Shown here: one piece after another, positions 1 through 7,401 of the stretch
How positions within the stretch are numbered: position 1 is the stretch's first letter
Layout: the number at the start of each line of letters is the position of its first letter
From: Roseobacter phage DSS3P8
Sequence record: KT870145.1
Length of the DNA: 24,000 nucleotides
Strand: one strand, 5' to 3'
Position numbers and translations under genes: made by a program
Notes under the pieces: model-generated
What the model saw: only the letters and a program-made list of their open reading frames with translations
Told to the model about the DNA's origin: nothing
Database searches by the model: none

Positions 1-20
1 GAATGCCTTACACCTATAAG

Positions 21-163
21 GGAAGTCAGGACCGACGCGCCGCCCGCGTCCAGTAGGGGAAGCGAGGGTCGGCGAATTCTGCCCGATCCAAAAAATTCAG
101 GACAGATTCGCCTAACCCTCGCCTCCCCTACTCGCCCGGTGTCCGCCGCGCTTTCCTGACCTC
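21..163. repeat. Long imperfect inverted repeat, rod-like hairpin potential
   Basis: AGTAGGGGAAGCGAGGGT (left) vs ACCCTCGCCTCCCCTACT (right, 17/18 complementary), flanked by GAAGTCAGG/CCTGACCTC and GGCGAATTCTG/CAGATTCGCC; A-rich loop CCAAAAAATTC. Confidence 0.75.
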
Positions 164-205
164 TCCTTAACAATAGGTGATTCGCCCTGACATTGCAAGA
201 ACAAA

Positions 206-290
206 ATGCGCTTGAAGCGGAAAAAGATCACTTGACCGATGCAAGCGAATGTGACAAAAAGGAATCACCGAAACGCTGACAAGGAGTCAC
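206..290 (+). promoter_or_regulatory. Early-gene leader/promoter module copy 1
   Basis: ATGCGCTTGAAGCGGAAAAA...GCAAGCGAATGTGACAAAAAGGAATCACCGAAACGCTGACAAGGAG; matches the repeated module described in the findings. Confidence 0.6.
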
Positions 291-293
291 AAA

Positions 294-830
294 ATGCCGA
301 CATTCGACCCGCAACACGCCGCCAAGGGTACAATGCCGATCCCCGCCAAGCCGCGCGCAATCGATGCCGACCCGACCGCCGCCGCGATCCGCGCCGCCAT
401 TGTATCGCTGGCAGGCCTGCTGAATGGCGGGGCAGGCGTATCAGTTCGGATAGGGGAAGCCGAAACCAAAGCCGCCGCAAGCCGCAAGCGGACTCCCACC
501 GATCTGCACCACGTGGCAGACCACGCCGCCGCCGCCCGCGTACTTGGCGAGGTATCGGACGCCCTACGCCTTGCCCGCCTGACCGCTACAGGCGAAACGC
601 TGGACGCCGCCCGCATTGCCCGCGATCTGGCATTCATTGCCACAGCCGACGCCCTGCATGGGGAAGAGGGGGAATGCGAGATTGACTCACCAACGGACGC
701 CCTAGCGCCGCTGTCTGTAAGCGCCGCTGATGATCTGGAAGAGGCAGGCGGGGCATATGTGCAAGCGTGGGTATGGGTGCCGCTGGACGCCCTGCACACA
801 ACGCAGCGCGCGCTTGCCATTACCGCCTAA
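294..830 (+). CDS. Hypothetical early protein (Ala-rich)
   Basis: ORF starting MPTFDPQHAAKG, AAGGAG upstream, follows leader module copy 1. Confidence 0.75.
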   Translation: MPTFDPQHAAKGTMPIPAKPRAIDADPTAAAIRAAIVSLAGLLNGGAGVSVRIGEAETKAAASRKRTPTDLHHVADHAAAARVLGEVSDALRLARLTATGETLDAARIARDLAFIATADALHGEEGECEIDSPTDALAPLSVSAADDLEEAGGAYVQAWVWVPLDALHTTQRALAITA

Positions 831-840
831 GGCAAGCCAA

Positions 841-856
841 TGTTTCACGTGAAACA
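841..856. promoter_or_regulatory. parS-like centromere site TGTTTCACGTGAAACA
   Basis: Perfect 16-bp palindrome, identical to the canonical bacterial chromosomal parS consensus; intergenic. Confidence 0.7.
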
Positions 857-863
857 TAAAAAA

Positions 864-949
864 CAGCTTGAAGCGTAAAATAGTGCTTGACGCTTCAAGC
901 GAATCGTGGCAAAACAGTCTTACCGAAACGCAATGCAAGGAAACGCGAA
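864..949 (+). promoter_or_regulatory. Early-gene leader/promoter module copy 2
   Basis: AGCTTGAAGCGTAAAATAGTGCTTGACG..AAGCGAATCGTGGCAAAACAGTCTTACCGAAACGCAATGCAAGGAAA. Confidence 0.65.
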
Positions 950-1288
950 ATGAACTTCACAATCCGCCAAGTCGCCGAATTCGTTCCGATCTGGGACTTG
1001 CTGGCAAATGGAAACGACATTGGCCTGCTGACCAACTTCCCCGGCGAGGGGATTGTTTTCACCGTGAAACACGATGACGCGACCGTCACCGATTACAGCG
1101 CCGCGACCCTACACGAGGCGATCTTGAAGGCGAAAGAAACTTTCGCGCAACTGGTCGCTGGAACCCACGAGTCTCAAGCCTACATCGACGAGGATTTTAT
1201 CGAGGATGAGGATGGGGAAATTGCTCGGATGCGCTGGGAAGAGAATCAGGCCGAACGCTTTACAGAGCAACATCCATACGACTATTGA
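950..1288 (+). CDS. Hypothetical early protein, acidic C-terminus
   Basis: MNFTIRQVAEFVPIWDLLANGNDIGLLTNFPGEG...; AAGGAAA upstream. Confidence 0.8.
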   Translation: MNFTIRQVAEFVPIWDLLANGNDIGLLTNFPGEGIVFTVKHDDATVTDYSAATLHEAILKAKETFAQLVAGTHESQAYIDEDFIEDEDGEIARMRWEENQAERFTEQHPYDY

Positions 1289-1293
1289 GACAA

Positions 1294-1320
1294 TGGGCAG
1301 GCCTAGCGCCTGCCCTAATC
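1294..1320 (+). terminator. Hairpin GGGCAGGC..GCCTGCCC, putative terminator
   Basis: GGGCAGGCCTAGCGCCTGCCC followed by TAATCTTTTC directly after the stop of the preceding gene. Confidence 0.55.
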
Positions 1321-1325
1321 TTTTC

Positions 1326-1414
1326 AGCTTGAAGCGCAATTAATGCTTGCATATGTAAGCGAATCATGGCACAAAGAACATACCGAAACGCAACTCACAA
1401 AAGGAACTGACCCC
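1326..1414 (+). promoter_or_regulatory. Early-gene leader/promoter module copy 3
   Basis: AGCTTGAAGCGCAATTAATGCTTGCATATGTAAGCGAATCATGGCACAAAG...ACCGAAACGCAACTCACAAAAGGAAC. Confidence 0.65.
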
Positions 1415-2173
1415 ATGGGATACACGCATTATTGGAAGCATTCCGCCCGGTTCACAAAAGACGAATGGGCCACGATTCAGGCGGACGTAAGCGCTATCCT
1501 GACCGCCGCCATTGCCACCGGAGTCGCGCTTGGCGATACCATGGGCGACGCCCAAATAGACCCCGTCGCCGCCGCCGTGAATGACCTGCACACAATCGGA
1601 TTCAACGGGCTTGGCGACGAATCGCTTGAAACCTTCCTGATCTATAAGGACCGCCGCCCGCTTGAAGACTGGCAAGAGAAAAGTCGCCACGGTTGCGATT
1701 TTTGCAAAACAGGCCGCGAATCCTATGACGTCGCCGTGACCGCTTGCCTTGTCTATCTGGAATCCTACTTCCCCAAAAAGTTTTCCGCAGATAGCGACGG
1801 GGGAGCCGCCGATTGGGAAGCCGGACTCGCGCTTGCCAAAGCCGCCTTGCCGCGCCTTGCAAACGTGCTGAGCATCCCCGCCGCAATCGTGTTTGACTCT
1901 CAATTCAAGGCTACCCCCATTTCAGGAAATCGCCTTTTCATCGCGCAAACGGTTTCAGATGAAATCGTGGTAGGGGACGGAGTCCGCCGCGTCATCCTTG
2001 CCCGCTTCCCCGCCGCAATCGCGCCTGACATTGCCGCCCGAGTGCTGGCAATGAAAGCCCGCGACCCCGCCCGCAATGGCTGGGTGAAAGTTAGCGTTGC
2101 GGCGCGCTGGGCTGACCGCCAATGCCGCACCTTGCTACAAGCCGCCCCCATGATAGGCGGGGCAGTAGCCTAG
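1415..2173 (+). CDS. Hypothetical protein (MGYTHYW start)
   Basis: MGYTHYWKHSARFTKDEWATIQADV...; AAAGGAAC upstream; family not assigned. Confidence 0.85.
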   Translation: MGYTHYWKHSARFTKDEWATIQADVSAILTAAIATGVALGDTMGDAQIDPVAAAVNDLHTIGFNGLGDESLETFLIYKDRRPLEDWQEKSRHGCDFCKTGRESYDVAVTACLVYLESYFPKKFSADSDGGAADWEAGLALAKAALPRLANVLSIPAAIVFDSQFKATPISGNRLFIAQTVSDEIVVGDGVRRVILARFPAAIAPDIAARVLAMKARDPARNGWVKVSVAARWADRQCRTLLQAAPMIGGAVA

Positions 2174-2205
2174 CCCACAGGGCAGGCCTAGAGCCTGCCC
2201 AAATA
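2174..2205 (+). terminator. Intergenic hairpin CAGGGCAGGCCTAGAGCCTGCCC
   Basis: Same palindrome family as at 1294, directly after a stop codon. Confidence 0.45.
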
Positions 2206-2209
2206 TTTC

Positions 2210-2295
2210 CGCTTGAAGCGCAATTTGTGCTTGCATTAGGTAAGCGAATCTGTCAAAACAGTCTTACCGAAACGCAGCACAAGGAACCCTGCACC
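2210..2295 (+). promoter_or_regulatory. Early-gene leader/promoter module copy 4
   Basis: CGCTTGAAGCGCAATTTGTGCTTGCATTAGGTAAGCGAATCTGTCAAAACAGTCTTACCGAAACGCAGCACAAGGAACC. Confidence 0.65.
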
Positions 2296-2490
2296 ATGGC
2301 AATCGCAATGATCGACACCATCGAAATCCTCGACACCCTGACCGGGGAAATCGAATCCTCTAACGTCTACACCTGCGACACCGCAGAAGACCTTGCAGCC
2401 TTGCTGGAAATGGACTTCGACGAAATGGAAGTCCAGCCGGGGGAATTCGTGCCGCTGTCTGGCCTGATCGATCTTGAAGACCGATTCTAA
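2296..2490 (+). CDS. Small acidic hypothetical protein
   Basis: MAIAMIDTIEILDTLTGEIESSNVYTCDTAEDLAALLEMDFDEME...; 64 aa after leader module copy 4. Confidence 0.75.
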   Translation: MAIAMIDTIEILDTLTGEIESSNVYTCDTAEDLAALLEMDFDEMEVQPGEFVPLSGLIDLEDRF

Positions 2491-2535
2491 TCACAAGGGC
2501 AGGGGAAACCCTGCCCACCTTTGAAAGGGGAAAGC

Positions 2536-2757
2536 ATGGCACAGTATCAAGCCCGAGTCGACGTCCACACCTTGACGCCTGAGCAACGCGCGGCGCTACA
2601 GCCGGGGCAGCACATCACCGCAAGCGGCGCGCCCGGACGCTGGGCAGGGCAGACCCGCCACGGCACGGACGTGGCAGCATGGGCAGGCAACGCCACCCGC
2701 CACCCGTTAGGCCGCGCCGGATATTTCCGCGCAATGCGGGAATATGCGACCAGATAA
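2536..2757 (+). CDS. Small hypothetical protein
   Basis: MAQYQARVDVHTLTPEQRAALQPGQHITASG...; upstream GAAAGGGGAAAG. Confidence 0.65.
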   Translation: MAQYQARVDVHTLTPEQRAALQPGQHITASGAPGRWAGQTRHGTDVAAWAGNATRHPLGRAGYFRAMREYATR

Positions 2758-2760
2758 AAA

Positions 2761-2849
2761 ATGCGCTTGAAGCGCAATTTGCGCTTGCGAATCATGTCAG
2801 GATATGTGACAAAGGGTTATCGAAACGCAGCAACCCAAAGGAACGCAAA
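2761..2849 (+). promoter_or_regulatory. Early-gene leader/promoter module copy 5
   Basis: ATGCGCTTGAAGCGCAATTTGCGCTTGCGAATCATGTCAGGATATGTGACAAAGGGTTATCGAAACGCAGCAACCCAAAGGAAC. Confidence 0.65.
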
Positions 2850-2984
2850 ATGAAAACCATCGTGACAAACCCTGACCTGACCCAGATCGCCCATGACGCC
2901 GTGATGGCTAACCCCGTAGCAGGCTACGCCGTTCTGGTCGCTCTGGTCGCCTTCTTTGCCTATAAAGCGATGGATTGGATTTGA
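2850..2984 (+). CDS. Small single-pass membrane protein
   Basis: MKTIVTNPDLTQIAHDAVMANPVAGYAVLVALVAFFAYKAMDWI; one hydrophobic helix. Confidence 0.7.
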   Translation: MKTIVTNPDLTQIAHDAVMANPVAGYAVLVALVAFFAYKAMDWI

Positions 2985-3388
2985 TGGAAAAAGTTGACGT
3001 CTATTTCAACCTGCACAGAAAAATTTGGTCAATCCGGTCGCGCAAGTCGGGGCTGGTGACCGCCCACAGCCGAGTCGTTGTTTTCCCATATGGCGCGGAA
3101 ATGATCGTGCAAGCCGCTGGCCGCGCCCGCGTGCTGCAAGAGGGCAAGAAATACGTGCACGCCTATGTGAGGGGCGAGTCGCCGCTGGTATACGACGCCG
3201 CCGCCCATTGGCAAGCGTTTGGGGAAAGCCTGCCCGCCGCGACGCGGATCACATACAACCCGATGCGCGCCGGACATTTCACCCGCCGCGACAATGGCGC
3301 GCGGATCGATCACGCCGCCGCCGTGGTTATGGTCGCAAGGGAAGGCGCACCGCCTGAGGTTTGGGCCGTGCAAACTAATTGCGCTTGA
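2984..3388 (+). CDS. Hypothetical protein
   Basis: MEKVDVYFNLHRKIWSIRSRKSGLVTAHSRVVVF...; start overlaps the previous stop (TGATG). Confidence 0.75.
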   Translation: MEKVDVYFNLHRKIWSIRSRKSGLVTAHSRVVVFPYGAEMIVQAAGRARVLQEGKKYVHAYVRGESPLVYDAAAHWQAFGESLPAATRITYNPMRAGHFTRRDNGARIDHAAAVVMVAREGAPPEVWAVQTNCA

Positions 3389-3445
3389 AGCGCAATTAGC
3401 CCTTGCGAATCATGTCAGGATATGTGACAAAGAGTAACAGGAAGC
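3381..3445 (+). promoter_or_regulatory. Early-gene leader/promoter module copy 6
   Basis: GCGCTTGAAGCGCAATTAGCCCTTGCGAATCATGTCAGGATATGTGACAAAG. Confidence 0.6.
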
Positions 3446-3624
3446 GACGGGAAAAGCCGCCGCTACCGGGCCGGGAAAAGCCGGAACGGGAATTGAGGCG
3501 GGAAAAGCCGCCCCACCTTGGCAGGGAAAAGCCTGCCAAGGCCTGACAAAAGAACACAGGCGGGGGAAAGGTGCCCGCCACAACCGAAACGCGAAACGCA
3601 AACAAAACACAAGGAACCGCCAAA

Positions 3625-4017
3625 ATGCTGAAATTTGTTTTCCTGCTGACCATCTGGACCGCCGAGTCGAATATCCCGCAAGTATCTGTTGAAGACTACG
3701 GAATCAGCGGGGAAGACTGCATCGCCCGCATGGTCGAATATGTTGAAGCCGACCCGATGCAATCGCGCGGCGCTGCATCCTGCGAACTGGACCAAGGCGA
3801 GCCATGGGACGAATTGACCGAATCCGGCACATTCCCCGAATCCACCTCGGAGTCCGATGCATACGCGGTTGATCATCAGGGCCAATATTTGATCCTGCCC
3901 GTATGCGAGTATGAAGACTCCGACGATTGCGTTTGGGACGCCGCCACGCGGGGCAATGGCAAGGGGGAGTCGTTCTACTCCTATCAGGGCAAGCGCTACC
4001 CCGTAGCCTTCGAATAA
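3625..4017 (+). CDS. Hypothetical acidic protein
   Basis: MLKFVFLLTIWTAESNIPQVSVEDYGISGEDCIARM...; CAAGGAACC upstream. Confidence 0.75.
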   Translation: MLKFVFLLTIWTAESNIPQVSVEDYGISGEDCIARMVEYVEADPMQSRGAASCELDQGEPWDELTESGTFPESTSESDAYAVDHQGQYLILPVCEYEDSDDCVWDAATRGNGKGESFYSYQGKRYPVAFE

Positions 4018-4119
4018 GGCCCACAGGGCAGGCCTAGCGCCTGCCCGCACCACCCGCCGCCCGCCACAGCCTTACCCACTACAGGCCCGCCCTAGCGCCT
4101 GTCAGGCCTATAAAATAAA

Positions 4120-4207
4120 ATGCGCTTGAAGCGTACTTTATGCTTGCGAATCATGTCAGGATATGTGACAAAGGGTTATCGAAACGCAGCACAAGGAACC
4201 CTGCACC
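4120..4207 (+). promoter_or_regulatory. Early-gene leader/promoter module copy 7
   Basis: TGCGCTTGAAGCGTACTTTATGCTTGCGAATCATGTCAGGATATGTGACAAAGGGTTATCGAAACGCAGCACAAGGAACC. Confidence 0.65.
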
Positions 4208-4462
4208 ATGGCAAACGCTGAAATCACCCTGTACGTCACCAAAGCCGGAACCGAATTCGAGTGCACCGTCACCGCAGAAGGCGACGTAACCGAAGGGGGA
4301 AGCAATAGCTATGGCAGCGACGAGCCTGCATGGTGCGAGGTGGACAATGTCACCCTGTACAACGCGCGCGGCAAGGCTGTCAGCAAGCGCTTCCTTGCCG
4401 CCCTGACTGGCAGCGATTGGGACGCAATCCACGAGGCCCTTGTGGAAAGTGAGGGCTGGTAA
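4208..4462 (+). CDS. Small hypothetical protein
   Basis: MANAEITLYVTKAGTEFECTVTAEGDVTEGGSNSYGSDEPAW... Confidence 0.8.
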   Translation: MANAEITLYVTKAGTEFECTVTAEGDVTEGGSNSYGSDEPAWCEVDNVTLYNARGKAVSKRFLAALTGSDWDAIHEALVESEGW

Positions 4463-4517
4463 GCCCTACAGGGGCAGGCGCTAGGCCTGCCCTGCCCACA
4501 AAACAAAGATCAAATAA

Positions 4518-4606
4518 ATGCGCTTGAAGCTCACTTTATGCTTGCCGAATCGGATGGAAAGGCGCAAGGTAGTCTTACCGAAACGCAGAACAAAAGGAAC
4601 TGCATC
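4518..4606 (+). promoter_or_regulatory. Early-gene leader/promoter module copy 8
   Basis: TGCGCTTGAAGCTCACTTTATGCTTGCCGAATCGGATGGAAAGG..TAGTCTTACCGAAACGCAGAACAAAAGGAAC. Confidence 0.6.
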
Positions 4607-4813
4607 ATGACAACCCGCATCATCAACACCAAACAAAAGAATTCCATGGTCGCCCAGCTTGTAGCGCTAGGCGGCACAGCCACAAAGAGCGACGCCGGAG
4701 TCGTTGTGACCCACCCTAAGGCGGGGGAAGTATTCCGCGCCATGAAGGGCGCGCGCGGCACCCACCTAGCCCGCTGGATGGATGGCCTGTTTGACGCGGT
4801 CCCTGCCCAGTAG
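4607..4813 (+). CDS. Small hypothetical protein
   Basis: MTTRIINTKQKNSMVAQLVALGGTATKSDAGVVVTHPKAGEVFRAMKG... Confidence 0.75.
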   Translation: MTTRIINTKQKNSMVAQLVALGGTATKSDAGVVVTHPKAGEVFRAMKGARGTHLARWMDGLFDAVPAQ

Positions 4814-4829
4814 GGCAGGCCACAGGGGG

Positions 4830-5190
4830 CAGGCTTAGGCCACCCCCTGCCCACCCACCCCCACCACCACAGGGCAGGCCATGGCCTGCCCTTATGCATG
4901 GCAATGCATGGCGCACACGCTAGGCCATGGCATGGGGTCATAGGGGGCAAGGCCTGCCCCATGGCAGCGAGCGAGCGAGCAAGGCAAGAGCCTGCACAGC
5001 ACAGCACAGCACAGCACACAAGCGAATCACCTATGCCATAGGCCACCCCATGCCATGCCATGGCATGGCAGGCCATGCCACAGGCCAACGTATAGCATTG
5101 CATGAATGTATTGTATGCCATGCCATGGCATGGCATGGGTAGCGAGCGAGCGAGCAAGACAAGAGCGAGCAGGCGAGGCGAGCGAGGCAA
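4830..5190. repeat. Low-complexity/palindromic non-coding tract (CCATGG, GAGC, CAGCA microrepeats)
   Basis: Clusters of GCCATGGCATGG, AGCGAGCGAGCGAGC (twice) and (CACAG)n-like tract at ~4995-5020. Confidence 0.8.
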
Positions 5191-5492
5191 GCAATGATGA
5201 TGTGATAAAAAAGCAACAGGGGACCCAAAGGGGGGGAGTACCCCCAACCCGAATCGCCCGCGTAGTAGCTGTAAGCAGGTTGCAGAGCAATTTTTTGGAT
5301 GCAGTACCTGCGCCCGAGCTGCAGAACAACAAGGGACCCGCCCAAAAAGAGGGTACCCCTGTTCGAATCGCATATGGCCCTATTTTTTGTAAAAATTTCA
5401 CCAAAAAGTGTTGCATAAATGTCACTAAAGGCAGAATCCGGCGCAGAATCGACAAAAATACGGCTTCATGACCCTTTTTCACGTCACGATGC

Positions 5493-5520
5493 TTGACAAT
5501 ATACGCGAATCCACTTACAT
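5493..5520 (+). promoter_or_regulatory. Putative sigma70-like promoter
   Basis: TTGACA - 16 nt - TTACAT upstream of a small ORF with a strong SD. Confidence 0.5.
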
Positions 5521-5561
5521 CCAGTGACACGAGTAAATCAACCCGAGCAAAGGAGGGTCGC

Positions 5562-5651
5562 ATGCAGAACGTCTATTCCGTCGCTAACGCGACCCCGTAT
5601 CTCATCCCTGAGATGCCATCAGAACACACCGGCAGCACGCCAGCCATCTGA
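5562..5651 (+). CDS. Short ORF (29 aa)
   Basis: MQNVYSVANATPYLIPEMPSEHTGSTPAI* preceded by AAAGGAGGGT and the putative promoter at 5493. Confidence 0.4.
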   Translation: MQNVYSVANATPYLIPEMPSEHTGSTPAI

Positions 5652-6432
5652 CCTTCGCCGGGGAACATCTCGATCCCCAAAATCTCAAATCCAGCAAGAC
5701 AGTGAATCCGTAGGACGTCGACCGCTAACGCGGTCCTCACCACCTCCTGAGACACCAAATTGCTGCCTCAACACCTCTCTGATCCAGAAAATGGGTTATA
5801 GGGAGCGTTTCTATCCCTCAATGGTCCATATATGGACCCTAAACCCCCTTTATGAGCCATATATGACCCATTGAGGCCCAGAAAGACGCCTAATAGGTCA
5901 CGATAGACCTCTTATATGTCACCAAGACATGCGCCGTCAGGCGCTATGACCCTCCGGTTTGTGATCCGCGGATAGGTGACATATATGAGCTGTATCGTCG
6001 ATGTCAGAAAATCTGACAAACACGAAAATAGTTCTTGACCCGAGTGTCAGCCTCGCTTACATAGGGTCCATCGAAACAACAAATGACGCACCATTCGAAA
6101 GGAAGGACGCCGAAATGAAGTAGAGATGAAAAAGATGTTGACACGGTAGACAGCCTAGCTTACACCATGTCACACAAAGCAGCGAACGAAAGTGAGCAGC
6201 GAGCCGGACGAACCGGCAACAATGCCTAAAGGCGCTCCGCGCCGAACCGGCGAACAGAATACAGGGGACGGTTTCATACCCGTTTAATCTTCGGACCTCT
6301 GGCGGTTTCATACCCGCACGCTCTTTGACAATTTGGCTGTCCGATCTGCGGTCCTTCGGGACGATAAAATCAAGCAGGTCAGCATTGTAGACGTCCCTTA
6401 AAACGGGGCTATCGATAATCAGTGCAAATCTT

Positions 6433-6509
6433 GCCGCATGGGACTTCTTGGCGAAGGTCGCTGCCCTTTCAAGGCGGAGAAGCGGGTTCGAAACCCGCAT
6501 GCGGCACCA
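6433..6509 (+). tRNA. tRNA-Glu (UUC)
   Basis: GCCGCAT..ATGCGGC acceptor, CTGCC-CTTTCAA-GGCGG anticodon arm, GCGGG-TTCGAAA-CCCGC T arm, ACCA. Confidence 0.93.
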
Positions 6510-6541
6510 GTTTTAGTCGACAGCCTCCGGGCCTAGACAAT

Positions 6542-6618
6542 GGAGCATTGGACTTCTTGGTGAAGGTCGCCGCGTTCTCAACGCGGAGAAGCGGGTTCGA
6601 AACCCGCATGCTCTACCA
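6542..6618 (+). tRNA. tRNA-Glu (CUC)
   Basis: GGAGCAT..ATGCTCT, CCGCG-TTCTCAA-CGCGG, GCGGG-TTCGAAA-CCCGC, ACCA. Confidence 0.93.
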
Positions 6619-6808
6619 ATCACATCACTGTATGCGTTGCGCTAAAAACGTGACTGAGGGTGGTGTGTATGAATGACCCTCCGGCTTCTGGAACACGCTT
6701 GCGTGCTGGCCCAGAACCGTTGAGGGACATTCAAATAGATCGCTGGTCGCAGGGCTGTCCCCTTGCCTCTCTCTGTGTTTCGGTAACATAGATCAGCGAT
6801 CTTTTTGA

Positions 6809-6973
6809 GTGTCTCTCACCGAGGGATCGGCGAAATGTTAGTGTAACGGAAGCACGGCCCCCTGAAAGGGGCAGGATCGGTTCGACTCCGACTAAGTGTT
6901 AGTCAATGGCGATCTGCAGGTCGCTACACTGTGAGGGAGTAATTACCCCTTCCGATCTTTCTGTGAGAGACAC
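6809..6973 (+). ncRNA. Stem-enclosed structured element with an internal tRNA-like fragment
   Basis: GTGTCTCTCAC (6809-6819) pairs perfectly with GTGAGAGACAC (6963-6973); inside are GTGTAACGGAAGCACG, GCCCC-CTGAAA-GGGGC and GGTTCGACTCC. Confidence 0.5.
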
Positions 6974-6978
6974 TATGT

Positions 6979-7051
6979 GGGGCGGTACGCGAAAGTTCAG
7001 CGAACGGTGTGTATCCGTTGTATGCAGGTTAAAGTCCTGCCTGCCCTACCA
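6979..7051 (+). tRNA. tRNA, anticodon uncertain (UGU by stem symmetry, but position 33 would be G)
   Basis: GGGGCGG..CTGCCCT acceptor, AACGG-TGTGTAT-CCGTT, GCAGG-TTAAAGT-CCTGC, ACCA. Confidence 0.7.
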
Positions 7052-7057
7052 GTTTTT

Positions 7058-7132
7058 GGCGACGTAGCTCAGAGGTAGAGCGCTTGGCTCATAACCGAGT
7101 GGTCGGTGGTTCGATCCCACCCGTCGCCACCA
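7058..7132 (+). tRNA. tRNA-Met (CAU), elongator-type acceptor
   Basis: GGCGACG..CGTCGCC, CTTGG-CTCATAA-CCGAG, GGTGG-TTCGATC-CCACC, ACCA. Confidence 0.92.
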
Positions 7133-7205
7133 ATTTTCGGGTCTGTTAGGTGGAAAGCCTGCAGAGTAATGTGTTCTCCGAGTCGACGAGAGGACACGCC
7201 CATAT

Positions 7206-7281
7206 CAGGGTGTAGCTCAGTAGGTAGAGTGCCGGACTTGGAATCCGGAGGCCGTCGGTTCGAGACCGACCACCCTGACCA
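7206..7281 (+). tRNA. tRNA-Pro (UGG)
   Basis: CAGGGTG..CACCCTG, CCGGA-CTTGGAA-TCCGG, GTCGG-TTCGAGA-CCGAC, ACCA. Confidence 0.93.
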
Positions 7282-7401
7282 ATCGCAGAATAGACCGGGA
7301 CGCCTATGGAGCTGTGAAAAGCACTAAGCGCATCTTCTGAGCCGAGATATACGGCTACGATCAGGGGATACCCTGAAAATCGGTTGTTTTTAGGAAGCAC
7401 C

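Noticed and set aside
1055-1075. Second parS-like site GTTTTCACCGTGAAAC
   Set aside because: It lies inside a CDS, has an extra base breaking the palindrome, and does not match the consensus.
4995-5020. CRISPR-like repeat array
   Set aside because: The repeats are 5-nt units without spacers, i.e. simple sequence repeats, not CRISPR.
4531-5373. 280-aa minus-strand ORF
   Set aside because: It is generated by the low-complexity repeats and overlaps the CDS at 4607-4813. Composition is Trp/Ala/Met/Cys-rich nonsense with no SD.
5524-5874. 116-aa + strand ORF MTRVNQPEQRRVACRTS...
   Set aside because: No SD at its start and unnatural composition. The short ORF at 5562 in another frame has the better SD, and even that is only tentative.
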